Origin: Promethearchaeota archaeon
GTDB taxonomy: Archaea > Asgardarchaeota > Lokiarchaeia > Sigyniarchaeales > SOKP01
DNA length: 64,000 nt
Assembly (NCBI GenBank): GCA_048938005.1
Contig: JBHLMQ010000012.1
Span: 1 to 64,000, forward strand
Reading direction: 5' to 3'
Shown: in pieces, positions 51,886 to 61,784 of the stretch
Position numbering within the stretch: the first letter of the stretch is position 1
How the letters are laid out: every line of letters begins with the position of its first letter
Translations under genes and position numbers: made by a program
Notes under the pieces: generated by a model
Database searches by the model: none
What the model saw: the letters and a program-made list of their open reading frames with translations, nothing else
What the model was told of the DNA's origin: nothing

Positions 51886-52114
51886 TATACCAATCTTTTT
51901 CTATTTTTATAATAATTCTTTAAGCTCCATATTTTTTATAATAATCCCGCCAATAATCGAATATATCTTTTAGGGTTTCTTATATTGAATTAAATTCTGT
52001 AAGGGGCGATCAGGAAGATCTATACCATAAACTTCTTTACCTTTATTAATACAGAGATCAGTTAAATGGGATCCTAAAAAACCATTTGCTCCAGAAATAA
52101 GAATTTTTTCGCAT
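51886..52114 (-). pseudogene. Internally deleted NDP-sugar dehydratase/reductase (GMD/Rmd-like) remnant
   Basis: N-terminal KILISGANGFLGSHLTD...YGID joined out of frame to C-terminal ETLKDIFDYWRDYY; ATG at 52114 is one base out of frame at an A run. Confidence 0.7.
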
Positions 52115-52147
52115 ATTAAACTTAAAATTATTAATATTAAATCTGAT

Positions 52148-53281
52148 TTATTTTAATAATCCTTTTTCTTTTAATTCTTGTATAGCTTTTTGTGAAGGTT
52201 TTTGAATATCATTTTTTTGTGTCTTGATCCAATTAATTAAATCATCTATCCCTTCTTTAAAAGTAAGTGTTGGGGAATAACCTAATTTATTTTTTATTTT
52301 TGAAATATCTGCTACACTATGCCTTATATCACCAATTCTATATTGTTGATTATAGACTGGCTTTAATTCAGGATTAATTTTTTCAGTAATTAAATCTGCT
52401 ACTTCCTTTATTGTTACTGGTATGCCAGTACCCACGTTAAAAATTTCACCGTTAGCAGCGTTTTTTTCCATAGCAAGAATCAAAGCTTGACAAACATCTT
52501 TTACATTCACAAAATCGCGTGATTGCATTCCATCTTCAAATATAATTGGAGGTTTTCCATAAAGTGCTTTAGTACTAAATATTGCACAAACACCTGTGTA
52601 GGGGTTTGAAAGAGCTTGTCTTGTGCCATAAACTAGAAAAAATCTTAACACAGTTGTATTTATTCCATAGGTATTACCAATCATCAAACTCATTTTTTCT
52701 TGAGCTTGCTTTGAGAACGCATAAATTGAACTAGGATTACATGGTGAATTCTCATCTGTTAAAAGAGGTTTAACCTTAGATCTGCAATATGGGCAATCAA
52801 GTTCCCAATCTTTACGTTCCAATTGATCTTGTAGTCTTACTCGAGGGAAAACAACACCACATGTATTACACTGAGCTCTTCCCTCACCATACACGGTGTT
52901 AGATGATGCTATAACAACCTTTTTCACATTATGTTTACTATTAACTAATATATCAAGTAAATTTGCTAAGCCAAGTATATTATTTTCTATATATTTTTCT
53001 ACTTGATACATAGATTGGCTTACACCAACTATAGCTGCCAAATGGAAAATAATATCATTCTCTCCTACTAAATGTTCCAATTTTTTATAATCAGTTACAG
53101 AACCTAGAAAAAATTTCGAATTTTTATTTAAATAATCTGGAGGGTGATTGACATTTCCATGAACTTGTTCTTCTAAGATATCAAGAATAGAAACTTCATA
53201 CCCTTTTTGATCAATTAATTTATCAACCAAATGGGAACCAATAAAACCTGCTCCTCCAGTAACTAATACTTTTTTGGTCAT
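52148..53281 (-). CDS. NAD-dependent epimerase/dehydratase with CxxC..CxxC insert
   Basis: GGAGFIG, ASSNTVYGEG, CNTC..CPYC, YAFSK, NPYTGV, RDFV. Confidence 0.88.
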   Translation of the reverse strand: MTKKVLVTGGAGFIGSHLVDKLIDQKGYEVSILDILEEQVHGNVNHPPDYLNKNSKFFLGSVTDYKKLEHLVGENDIIFHLAAIVGVSQSMYQVEKYIENNILGLANLLDILVNSKHNVKKVVIASSNTVYGEGRAQCNTCGVVFPRVRLQDQLERKDWELDCPYCRSKVKPLLTDENSPCNPSSIYAFSKQAQEKMSLMIGNTYGINTTVLRFFLVYGTRQALSNPYTGVCAIFSTKALYGKPPIIFEDGMQSRDFVNVKDVCQALILAMEKNAANGEIFNVGTGIPVTIKEVADLITEKINPELKPVYNQQYRIGDIRHSVADISKIKNKLGYSPTLTFKEGIDDLINWIKTQKNDIQKPSQKAIQELKEKGLLK

Positions 53282-53464
53282 TTAATATTCTTAAGACTTA
53301 TTTTAGATATTTTAATAGTTCATAAGTAATTATTTAAATTAAAGAATATGATAAACTAATACTAAAAGTATATTTTTGTGTGATAGTAAAACTAATCAAA
53401 TTTTTTAATGATTTATCACGAAAAAATTTGATATTTAAATAATTTTCCAATAACGGTGATTAAT

Positions 53465-54475
53465 ATGATAATTCGTTCAAAAGCACCATTCAGAGTGAGC
53501 TTTGGAGGAGGAGGAACAGATATGGCTCCCTATTGTATTGAACATGGGGGCTGTGTGATAAACACTACAATTGATCGTCATATTTATATTACTTTAAAAC
53601 CAAGAAAGGATAAAAATATCCATGTTTTTTCAATTAATCTCAATAAAGAAGCAACTTTTAAAATTGGAGATAGAGACTACTCTAATGAATTTGAATTAAT
53701 TAAAGGTATTATTCATGTTTTAGAAGTAAAAGATGGGTTTGATATCACGATATATTCGGAACTTCCTGCTGGTTCTGGAATGGGAGGTTCATCTTCTTTA
53801 ACAGTCGCAATAATAGGAGCATTTAATAAATATTATAGATTAGGAATGCCTAAACATAAAATTGCACAAAAAGCATATGATATTGAACGTATCGAATTAA
53901 AACAGAAAGGTGGATATCAAGATCAATTTGCTGCCGCATATGGGGGTCTAAATTTTATAGAATTCACCGAGGATGTAAAAGTAATTCCTATAATTGCTAG
54001 TGAAGAAATGTTAAATGAGCTCCAATTTCGTTTAATTTTATGTTATGTGGGAGGTTCTCATTTTTCTTCTAATATACAAGATGAAGTATTAAAAGGTTAT
54101 GAAATTGAAAAGAAATCATATATAGAAGCAATGCAGGATCTAAAAGATGTAGCCCATTATATGAGAAATATTGTAGAATCCAATAAAATAAATAAATTAA
54201 ATGAATTTGGAGAACTATTACATAAAGGTTGGTTAGCAAAAAAGAGTTTAAGTACAAAAATCTCAAACAAAAAGATTGAGAATTTTTATTTAACTTCAAG
54301 GAAGTTTGGTGTTCTTGGAGGAAAATTACTTGGCGCAGGAGGAGGGGGCCATTTATTACTTTTTTCAGATTATGGTAAGAAATTTAAAATAATTCAAGAA
54401 CTAGAAAAAATTGGTGGAAAAATTATAAATTTTCATTTTAACCCAAAAGGACTTGAAGTATGGGAAATAAAATAA
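53465..54475 (+). CDS. hddA: D-glycero-alpha-D-manno-heptose-7-phosphate kinase (GHMP)
   Basis: APFRVSFGGGGTD, PAGSGMGGSS, GGYQDQ, GKLLGAGGGG; ATG 5 nt after GGTGA (track starts at GTG 53456). Confidence 0.88.
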   Translation: MIIRSKAPFRVSFGGGGTDMAPYCIEHGGCVINTTIDRHIYITLKPRKDKNIHVFSINLNKEATFKIGDRDYSNEFELIKGIIHVLEVKDGFDITIYSELPAGSGMGGSSSLTVAIIGAFNKYYRLGMPKHKIAQKAYDIERIELKQKGGYQDQFAAAYGGLNFIEFTEDVKVIPIIASEEMLNELQFRLILCYVGGSHFSSNIQDEVLKGYEIEKKSYIEAMQDLKDVAHYMRNIVESNKINKLNEFGELLHKGWLAKKSLSTKISNKKIENFYLTSRKFGVLGGKLLGAGGGGHLLLFSDYGKKFKIIQELEKIGGKIINFHFNPKGLEVWEIK

Positions 54476-54505
54476 TTAAAAGATAATTAAAAAAGAGAAT
54501 ATATT

Positions 54506-55072
54506 ATGGAAAATGAAATAATTTCAATTTTGGATGAAAATATCAAAATAAAAGAAGCTACAAAAGCTTTAACACCGACTATAGCAAAGATTTCTGAAAA
54601 AATAATAAATGCCTATAAGAATAGGAAAAAAGTTGTACTTTTCGGAAATGGAGGAAGTGCAGCTGATGCTCAACACATAGCAGCTGAGTTTGTAGGAAAA
54701 TTTTATCATGATCGTGATTCACTTCCTTCTTTAGCATTTCATACGAATACCTCTATTCTTACTGCAATAGCTAATGATTTTGGCTATGAATTTGTGTTTG
54801 AAAGACAAGTGTCCTCGTTTGTGGATGAAGGAGATGTAGTTATTGGAATTAGCACATCAGGTAATTCTCCAAACGTAATAAAAGGTTTGATAAAAGCTAA
54901 AGAAAAAGGAGCAATTACAGTAGGCTTCACTGGCGAAAAAAAAAGTAAAGTTGAAGAAATTGCTGATATCTGTCTAAAGATACCTTCATCCGATACTCCA
55001 AGAATTCAGGAAGGCCATATAACTGTTGGACATATTATTTGTTATTTAGTCGAAAAAGAATTTTTTGGATAA
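54506..55072 (+). CDS. gmhA: Sedoheptulose-7-phosphate isomerase
   Basis: GNGGSAADAQH, NDFG, STSGNS, RIQEGH. Confidence 0.95.
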   Translation: MENEIISILDENIKIKEATKALTPTIAKISEKIINAYKNRKKVVLFGNGGSAADAQHIAAEFVGKFYHDRDSLPSLAFHTNTSILTAIANDFGYEFVFERQVSSFVDEGDVVIGISTSGNSPNVIKGLIKAKEKGAITVGFTGEKKSKVEEIADICLKIPSSDTPRIQEGHITVGHIICYLVEKEFFG

Positions 55073-55718
55073 GCGACAATTTATGAAAAAAATCGCAATT
55101 TCTATTCATGCAATAGAAGATTTTACACTAAATATTATTAAGGGCCTAAAAGGTTTTGATTATATACATGTAGATGTCATGGATGGTAAATTTGTAAATA
55201 GCATTAATAATAATTTAAATGTTTTCCACCCTTTAAAAGAAACTTATAATACTCCAATAATTGCTCATTTAATGGTAATTAATCCATTTGATTATATTAA
55301 AAAAATTATTAAAAATATTGATATATTTTTATTTCATCTTGAAGTATTAAATAATATTCGGGCAATAATAGAAGAAATCAGAAATAGTAAAAAAAAGGTT
55401 GGTCTTGCTATAAATCCAGAGACAAAAACTTCTGAAATTATACCATATTTAAAAGAAATTGATCTTGTCTTGGTAATGAGTGTAAATCCTGGCTTGTCCG
55501 GTCAGGAATTCATTCCAAATTCTGTAAAAAAAGTAAATAAGTTGGCTGAATTTAAAAAACATTATAATTTTGTTATCGATGTTGATGGTGGGATTAATTT
55601 AATAAACGCAAAACTATTAAAAAATGCAGATATATTAACAAGCTCAAGCACTATTTTAAAAGCTAAGGATCCAAATAAAATACTTAAATTACTTAAAAAA
55701 TCTGGTGAAAATGACTAA
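55065..55718 (+). CDS. rpe: Ribulose-phosphate 3-epimerase (start may be ATG 55083)
   Basis: HVDVMDGKFV, AHLMV, MSVNPG, DVDGGI. Confidence 0.9.
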   Translation: MDKRQFMKKIAISIHAIEDFTLNIIKGLKGFDYIHVDVMDGKFVNSINNNLNVFHPLKETYNTPIIAHLMVINPFDYIKKIIKNIDIFLFHLEVLNNIRAIIEEIRNSKKKVGLAINPETKTSEIIPYLKEIDLVLVMSVNPGLSGQEFIPNSVKKVNKLAEFKKHYNFVIDVDGGINLINAKLLKNADILTSSSTILKAKDPNKILKLLKKSGEND

Positions 55719-56253
55719 AAAAAGGAAGGCTATTTTTTTAGATAGAGATGGTGTGATAAATAAAGAAGTTAATTATCTTTCCAAACCCAATGATTTTGAA
55801 TTTATTGAAGGATCAATTGACGCTTTAAAAATTCTGAAACAAAAAGGATACCTAATTATTGTTATTACTAATCAAGCTGGTATAGCAAAGGGATTTTTTA
55901 CAGAAGAGACCCTTGAATCTATTCACAGTAAAATGACAAGGATTTTAAAGCAAAATAATATAGAATTAGATGGTATTTATTATTGTCCCCACCATCCTGA
56001 ATTTACTGGTCCATGCGATTGTAGGAAACCAAAACCCGGTATGATTCTGAAAGCACAATTAAAGTATAATATTGATTTAAATAATTCTTATATGGTTGGA
56101 GATACATTGAATGATATTGAAACAGGCAAATCAGCGAGATGCAAAACTATTTTAGTTTTAACTGGTTATGGAAAGGAAGAACAGAAAAAAAAAAGCTCGA
56201 TAATACCAGACATGATATTTAAAAACTTAAAAGAATTTGCTATAAATATATAA
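55705..56253 (+). CDS. gmhB: Heptose-1,7-bisphosphate phosphatase
   Basis: FLDRDGVIN, TNQAGI, CPHHP..CDCRKPKPGM, VGD..ND. Confidence 0.93.
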   Translation: MKMTKKRKAIFLDRDGVINKEVNYLSKPNDFEFIEGSIDALKILKQKGYLIIVITNQAGIAKGFFTEETLESIHSKMTRILKQNNIELDGIYYCPHHPEFTGPCDCRKPKPGMILKAQLKYNIDLNNSYMVGDTLNDIETGKSARCKTILVLTGYGKEEQKKKSSIIPDMIFKNLKEFAINI

Positions 56254-56297
56254 AACTAATAATTATTATAATCATCAAAATGTAATAGTGAAGTAGT

Positions 56298-56951
56298 ATG
56301 AAATTTTTCATAGATACCGCTAATTTAGAACAAATAAAAGAAATGCAAGAACTAGGTATAATCGATGGAGTTACTACAAATCCTACTTTATTAGCAAAAG
56401 AAGGAGCTGAACCTATAGAACAATTAAGAAAAATATGTGAACTGGTTGATGGACCTGTAAGTGGAGAAGTGATAGGATTAACTACTGAAGAAATGGTGAA
56501 AGAAGCTCGTGAATTAGCCAAAATTGCTCCTAATATAGTTGTTAAGATTCCCTTTACTAAGGATGGGATTAAAGCAGTTAAAATACTTGAACCTGAGGGA
56601 ATAAAGACGAATGTTACACTCGTATTTTCACAGAATCAAATTTTAATTGCAGCAAAAGCAGGAGCTTCTTATATAAGTCCTTTTATAGGAAGATTAATGG
56701 ATAATGGCCAAAATGAAATTGATATGTTATGGGAATCAATGGATATAATCCGGGCATATGATTTTAAATCTGAAATAATAGTTGCTTCTGTTAGAAACAC
56801 TAGACATATTATTGAGGCTGCAAAGATGGGGGCGCATATTGCTACAATTCCTTTTTCTGTGCTTGAAAAAATGTTCAAACATCCAAATACAGATCAAGGG
56901 TTGAAAGCATTTCTCAAAGATTGGGAAAAATTACAAAGCGAATTAAAATAA
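56298..56951 (+). CDS. tal: Transaldolase (small, Fsa/TalC family)
   Basis: FIDTAN, GVTTNP, VVKIP, TNVTL, SPFIGR, ASVR. Confidence 0.93.
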   Translation: MKFFIDTANLEQIKEMQELGIIDGVTTNPTLLAKEGAEPIEQLRKICELVDGPVSGEVIGLTTEEMVKEARELAKIAPNIVVKIPFTKDGIKAVKILEPEGIKTNVTLVFSQNQILIAAKAGASYISPFIGRLMDNGQNEIDMLWESMDIIRAYDFKSEIIVASVRNTRHIIEAAKMGAHIATIPFSVLEKMFKHPNTDQGLKAFLKDWEKLQSELK

Positions 56952-56963
56952 CAATCTAATAAA

Positions 56964-57962
56964 ATGTCTCTTATTGATGAGATTTCCAAATGGAATAAAG
57001 AAAAAGTATTAATAATTGGAGATGCTTTAATAGATAAGTATATTTTCGGATATACCGATAAAATTTCTCCTGATGCACCAGTTCCAAATGTAAAAATAGA
57101 GAATAGTAATCTTTACATAGGTGCAATTGGATTAGTTTTACAATATATACAATCTTTAGGGGGAATTCCGGAAATTTGTACTATTATTGGTAGCGATTTT
57201 GAGGGAGATTTTTTTTTAAAAAAGGTTAAGGAGTTAAAATTAGATCCTTCAGGAATTCTCGTAGATGATAGTTTAAAAACACCTCAAATAACTCGAATAA
57301 AAGCAATGAATCAACATCTTTTACGTTTAGAAACTGATTATAATAGTGATATATCTCAACCTATTATAGACAAGTTTAAAGATCGCATACTAAATATGTC
57401 TCAAGATATTGGCGCAATACTAATTTTAGACTATGGTTTAGAAGGAATATTCAAGGATATATTTATTCAGAAATTATTACGTTTTTTAAAAGAAAACTAT
57501 AAAAACGCCCCTATTATTGTCCGTCCTACAAAATTCAATTACTATCTCTATGAAAATGTAGAATTAATTAAGATGAATCTTCAGAAAGCTTTAGATACAT
57601 TTTCAATCGATTGTTGCAATGAAACTAGTATAACAATTGCGGGAAAAAGAATTTTAAACTCTTCAAAATGTAATAATGTTCTACTGAATTATTTAGAATT
57701 AGAATCTTTTCTCTTTTCAAAAGAAAATGAAAAAGTAGAAAAATTTAGTCCAATTTTGCAACAACCTGTAAGAAGTTATGTAGCTGTTGGTAGTGTTATA
57801 ATGGCAGTACTGGGATTATCATTTGCTTCGGGAATTTCAGTTTTAAATGCAGTAAGAATTGCACTTTTTGCTGCTGCTTTTACGGCAACGCTTCCTCCTG
57901 TCGAATTTTATAAAATTGAGAAGCTTCATAATTATATTTTAACTAAAATGAATAAATTATAA
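56964..57962 (+). CDS. HldE/RfaE kinase-domain homolog (PfkB fold), degenerate
   Basis: VLIIGDALIDKY, ISPDAPVP, QHLLRLE, ILDY; anion-hole DVTGAGD replaced by SYVAVGS. Confidence 0.75.
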   Translation: MSLIDEISKWNKEKVLIIGDALIDKYIFGYTDKISPDAPVPNVKIENSNLYIGAIGLVLQYIQSLGGIPEICTIIGSDFEGDFFLKKVKELKLDPSGILVDDSLKTPQITRIKAMNQHLLRLETDYNSDISQPIIDKFKDRILNMSQDIGAILILDYGLEGIFKDIFIQKLLRFLKENYKNAPIIVRPTKFNYYLYENVELIKMNLQKALDTFSIDCCNETSITIAGKRILNSSKCNNVLLNYLELESFLFSKENEKVEKFSPILQQPVRSYVAVGSVIMAVLGLSFASGISVLNAVRIALFAAAFTATLPPVEFYKIEKLHNYILTKMNKL

Positions 57963-57983
57963 TTTACTCATTTAAATACTAGA

Positions 57984-58850
57984 ATGGAATTGTCTAAAGC
58001 TGATGAACAGAAAATCTTAATTGATATTCTGGATATCAAAAAAGATATTTTGATGATGATATATAAAGCCCAATCGGGTCATCCGGGAGGCTCATTATCG
58101 TGTGCTAATATCATATATCTCCTTTATAACTATATTATGAGAATAAATCCTGAAAATCCTACATGGGAAGAAAGAGATATATTTATCTTAAGTAAAGGAC
58201 ATGCTGCACCTGCTTTATATGCTGTCTTATCAAATTTTGGTTTTATAAATAGGGGGGAATTATTTACTTTAAGGCAATTTGGTTCTAACTTACAAGGCCA
58301 TCCTGTTAAAAATCCAGAATTCGGAATAGAAATATCTACTGGATCTTTAGGAATGGGATTATCAATCGGTGTTGGGTGTGCATTAGCTGCTAAATTAGAT
58401 TCTAAAAATAAATTAATTTATGTTTTATTAGGAGATGGAGAATTAAATGAAGGTGCTATATGGGAAGCAGCAATGTCAGCTAGTCATTATAAGTTAGATA
58501 ATTTAATAGCAATTGTAGACCGAAACGGGCTACAAATAGATGGATCTACAGAAGAGATAATGGCTTTAGAACCTTTAGCAGAAAAATGGAAAGCATTTGG
58601 TTGGGAAGTTATTGAAGTTGATGGTTCAAATCTAACAGAAATAATACATGGATTTGAAAGATTAAAAACTATAATTGGTAAACCTAAAGTAATCATATCT
58701 TATCTAATTAAAGGATCTGATGTATCATTTATGCAACATACTAAAAAATATCATGGACGAGCGCCAAACAAAGAGGAATATGAAATCGCGCTTAAAGAAC
58801 TTGAAGATATCAAGGCGGAATTAATAAGAGGTGATAAATCAAATGTCTGA
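57984..58850 (+). CDS. tktA: Transketolase, N-terminal (TPP-binding) subunit
   Basis: SGHPGGSLS, LSKGH, LQGHP, TGSLG, GDGELNEG. Confidence 0.93.
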   Translation: MELSKADEQKILIDILDIKKDILMMIYKAQSGHPGGSLSCANIIYLLYNYIMRINPENPTWEERDIFILSKGHAAPALYAVLSNFGFINRGELFTLRQFGSNLQGHPVKNPEFGIEISTGSLGMGLSIGVGCALAAKLDSKNKLIYVLLGDGELNEGAIWEAAMSASHYKLDNLIAIVDRNGLQIDGSTEEIMALEPLAEKWKAFGWEVIEVDGSNLTEIIHGFERLKTIIGKPKVIISYLIKGSDVSFMQHTKKYHGRAPNKEEYEIALKELEDIKAELIRGDKSNV

Positions 58851-59766
58851 ATTACCTCTTAGAGATACATTTGGAACTTTTTTAGTTGAAAAAGGTAAAA
58901 TATATAAAGATATGGTTGTTTTAGATGCTGATACGTCTTTTTCTACGAAAACCGTTAAATTTTCTAAAGCATTCCCCGATAAATTCTTTAATATGGGAAT
59001 TGCTGAACAAAATATGTTAGGAACAGCATTAGGTTTTGCAATCTCAGGAAAAATTCCTATAGTTAGTGGTTTTTCTATATTTACGACAGGGAGAGCATGG
59101 GAATTTATAAGATTTGCTTGCCATGATAATTTAAATGTAAAAATAGTAACTACGCATGGCGGATTTGTTGGAGAAGATGGAAGCACTCATAATGCTTTAG
59201 AAGATTTAAGCTTAATGGCATCTCTTCCAAATTTAAATGTTTTAATCCCTTCAGATAATATTGAATTACTTCAAATATTAGAATATTCTCTCAATCATAA
59301 TGGTCCTTTTTATATAAGGCTACCAAGAGGAGCTTTTCCTAAAATTCATAATCAAATTTATAAATTTTCTATTGGAGAACCTGATATAATTAAAGAAGGA
59401 GAAGATATTTGCTTGATTGGAGTTGGATATGGGAGTATTGTAGCATTAAAATCAGCACCGAAAATTGAAAAAAAACTTAAAATTTCTATTAAAGTAATTA
59501 ATTTTCCAAGTATTAAACCAATTGATAATGCATTATTATTAAAAGAGATTAAATCAGTAAAAGGAATTATTATAATAGAGGAGCATAATATTTACTGTGG
59601 CTTTGGAAGTATAATTGCAAGGATCATCTCTGAGAATTATCCAAAAATCATGAAATTTATTGGAATCAATAATTCATTCGGTCAATCAGGTAAGAGAGAA
59701 ATTTTATTAGACTCATATGGTTTAAATGAAAAAAAAATAATTGAGCAAATAAAAAAAATTATTTAA
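58843..59766 (+). CDS. tktB: Transketolase, C-terminal subunit
   Basis: GIAEQNM, GEDGSTH, YIRL, EEH; ATG downstream of GAGGTGA (track starts at GTG 58831). Confidence 0.92.
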   Translation: MSELPLRDTFGTFLVEKGKIYKDMVVLDADTSFSTKTVKFSKAFPDKFFNMGIAEQNMLGTALGFAISGKIPIVSGFSIFTTGRAWEFIRFACHDNLNVKIVTTHGGFVGEDGSTHNALEDLSLMASLPNLNVLIPSDNIELLQILEYSLNHNGPFYIRLPRGAFPKIHNQIYKFSIGEPDIIKEGEDICLIGVGYGSIVALKSAPKIEKKLKISIKVINFPSIKPIDNALLLKEIKSVKGIIIIEEHNIYCGFGSIIARIISENYPKIMKFIGINNSFGQSGKREILLDSYGLNEKKIIEQIKKII

Positions 59767-59798
59767 TTCTTAGTTTATTTAGCTAATAGATTTTTAGA

Positions 59799-60332
59799 TC
59801 AGTTTGGTAGGTATCCCTTTGAATCTAATGCGTCTAATATTATTGCTTTACATTCTTCTAAAGTTTGTTTATCAGTTTCGACAACAATATCTACATTATC
59901 CGGCTCTTCAAAGGGATGATTAATTCCAGTAAAATCCTTTATTTCTCCTGCTCTTGCTTTGGCATACATCCCTTTTACATCACGTTTCTCACACTCTTCA
60001 AGACTACATTTTACATAAACTAGAATATAATTCCCGATTTCTTTCCGAGAGTACGCTCTAATTTTATTGTATGGTGATACAAAAGAAGCAAGAACAACAA
60101 CTCCATTCCGTGTTAGAAGCTTGGCTACAAATGTAACTCTTTCAATATTCATATTTCTGTCCTCTTCACTAAATCCCAAATCTTTTGTTAGACTTTTTCT
60201 AACAATATCCCCATCAAGTCTTTCTACTTTCATTCCTTTCTCCTTTAAAGTTTCTGCAACTGCATCTGCTAATACTGATTTCCCAGAACAAGGGAGTCCT
60301 GTAAACCATAATGTAAATCCTTTATGTTCCAT
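59799..60332 (-). CDS. cysC: Adenylyl-sulfate (APS) kinase
   Basis: WFTGLPCSGKS, LDGD, LGFSEEDR, RDVKGMY, FTGI..PFE. Confidence 0.96.
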   Translation of the reverse strand: MEHKGFTLWFTGLPCSGKSVLADAVAETLKEKGMKVERLDGDIVRKSLTKDLGFSEEDRNMNIERVTFVAKLLTRNGVVVLASFVSPYNKIRAYSRKEIGNYILVYVKCSLEECEKRDVKGMYAKARAGEIKDFTGINHPFEEPDNVDIVVETDKQTLEECKAIILDALDSKGYLPN

Positions 60333-60351
60333 CTTTTTTATTTTACTTATT

Positions 60352-61740
60352 TTAAAAATTTATTATATTTCCTTCCATATCATTAGGAATATTTACTCCT
60401 AGAATTTTCAGAGATGTTGGAGCAATATCTAAAATGCTTTTAATTCCTAAATTTTTTCCTATCTTTTTTATAGGATCATAAATAACATAAATCCCAAACC
60501 AATCGTGTACGGCATCATCAGGACCAGTATCATTTTCGTCTAAATACATTGAGTCATACCCAACTGTCCCTGCGGATCTCCAATTTAGATCATCAAAATA
60601 AACAAATAAATCTGGTGGGTCTCCCCTTATAACTTTAAATAATTCCTCAGGTTTAAAGATTTTTGTGTTCATTGAATTACCATTATTATCTTTTATGGAT
60701 TTTAGTTTTTCAATGATTTGATCTCTTACTTCCTCATACTTTTCTTGTTTAATAATCCCATGAGGCTCTCTTCCTTCGATATTAAGAAATATTCTAGCAT
60801 AATAACCACCCCACCCCCATGCATAAGTATTATCCCAATCAACATCAGCATCTGCTAATCTTGTTTTAGGTTTTGGTTTGGTTTTAAATTTTAGTAATCC
60901 TAAATTTTCAAGTGCCATATTGACACACACTAATCCTTTCATTGCTTTAGCACCATGGTCTGACACAATCATCATAATTGTATTTTCATCCACTAAATCC
61001 AATATCTCTCCAATTTTTTTATCTAAATATTGATAATATTTTCTCATTTCTCCTTCAAATTTATTTCCCGGTTCATATTTATGGTGACTTTTATCATAGA
61101 ATTTCCAAAATGCATGGTGGAATCTATCTAAACCAATAATTACAAAATTAAAATAATCCCACTCCTTATTTCGCATAATATATTTAACTGTTTTTAATTG
61201 AACTTTTGTCATTTCGTAAATCTCTTTCAATAAAACATTTTTATCTTCCACTCTAAAGTTAACATCTATGATATAATCTCCTACATTTTCTTTAATTTCT
61301 TCTTTTAATTCTCGAGGATATGTATAATCTGAGGTTATATCGGGAGTAATGAAACCAGAAACTAGACACCCATTAATTGGTTGAACAGGATAGGTTGGGG
61401 GAATTCCTACTATGCAAGATCTTAAACCATTTCTCGAAATTATGTCCCATACTTTTGGATCTTTAATATTATAAGACGTAGCAATCCAAAAATCATCATA
61501 TGAATTTCCTTTTCTATGTCTAAATCCATATAATCCTAATGTTCCAGCTTTCTTACCAGTAGACATCACCATCCAAGCAGGAATGGTAATTGGTGGATCA
61601 CATGATCTCAATTTTCCATAAACACCATATTCTACCATCTTTTTTATGTTAGGGCAATCATCTAAGAAATCTTCAAACAATGTTTTGGGTGTTGCACAAT
61701 CTAATCCTATGATAACTAATTTTTTTTTATTTTTATTCAT
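60352..61740 (-). CDS. AlkP-superfamily (NPP/type I phosphodiesterase-like) enzyme
   Basis: IIGLD, PPITIPAW (Thr nucleophile), DRFHH, SDHG, HD..G, DIAPT. Confidence 0.88.
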   Translation of the reverse strand: MNKNKKKLVIIGLDCATPKTLFEDFLDDCPNIKKMVEYGVYGKLRSCDPPITIPAWMVMSTGKKAGTLGLYGFRHRKGNSYDDFWIATSYNIKDPKVWDIISRNGLRSCIVGIPPTYPVQPINGCLVSGFITPDITSDYTYPRELKEEIKENVGDYIIDVNFRVEDKNVLLKEIYEMTKVQLKTVKYIMRNKEWDYFNFVIIGLDRFHHAFWKFYDKSHHKYEPGNKFEGEMRKYYQYLDKKIGEILDLVDENTIMMIVSDHGAKAMKGLVCVNMALENLGLLKFKTKPKPKTRLADADVDWDNTYAWGWGGYYARIFLNIEGREPHGIIKQEKYEEVRDQIIEKLKSIKDNNGNSMNTKIFKPEELFKVIRGDPPDLFVYFDDLNWRSAGTVGYDSMYLDENDTGPDDAVHDWFGIYVIYDPIKKIGKNLGIKSILDIAPTSLKILGVNIPNDMEGNIINF

Positions 61741-61784
61741 GATTTATTTTATCTTGCATTTCTATTGATAAATAAAAATTTTAC

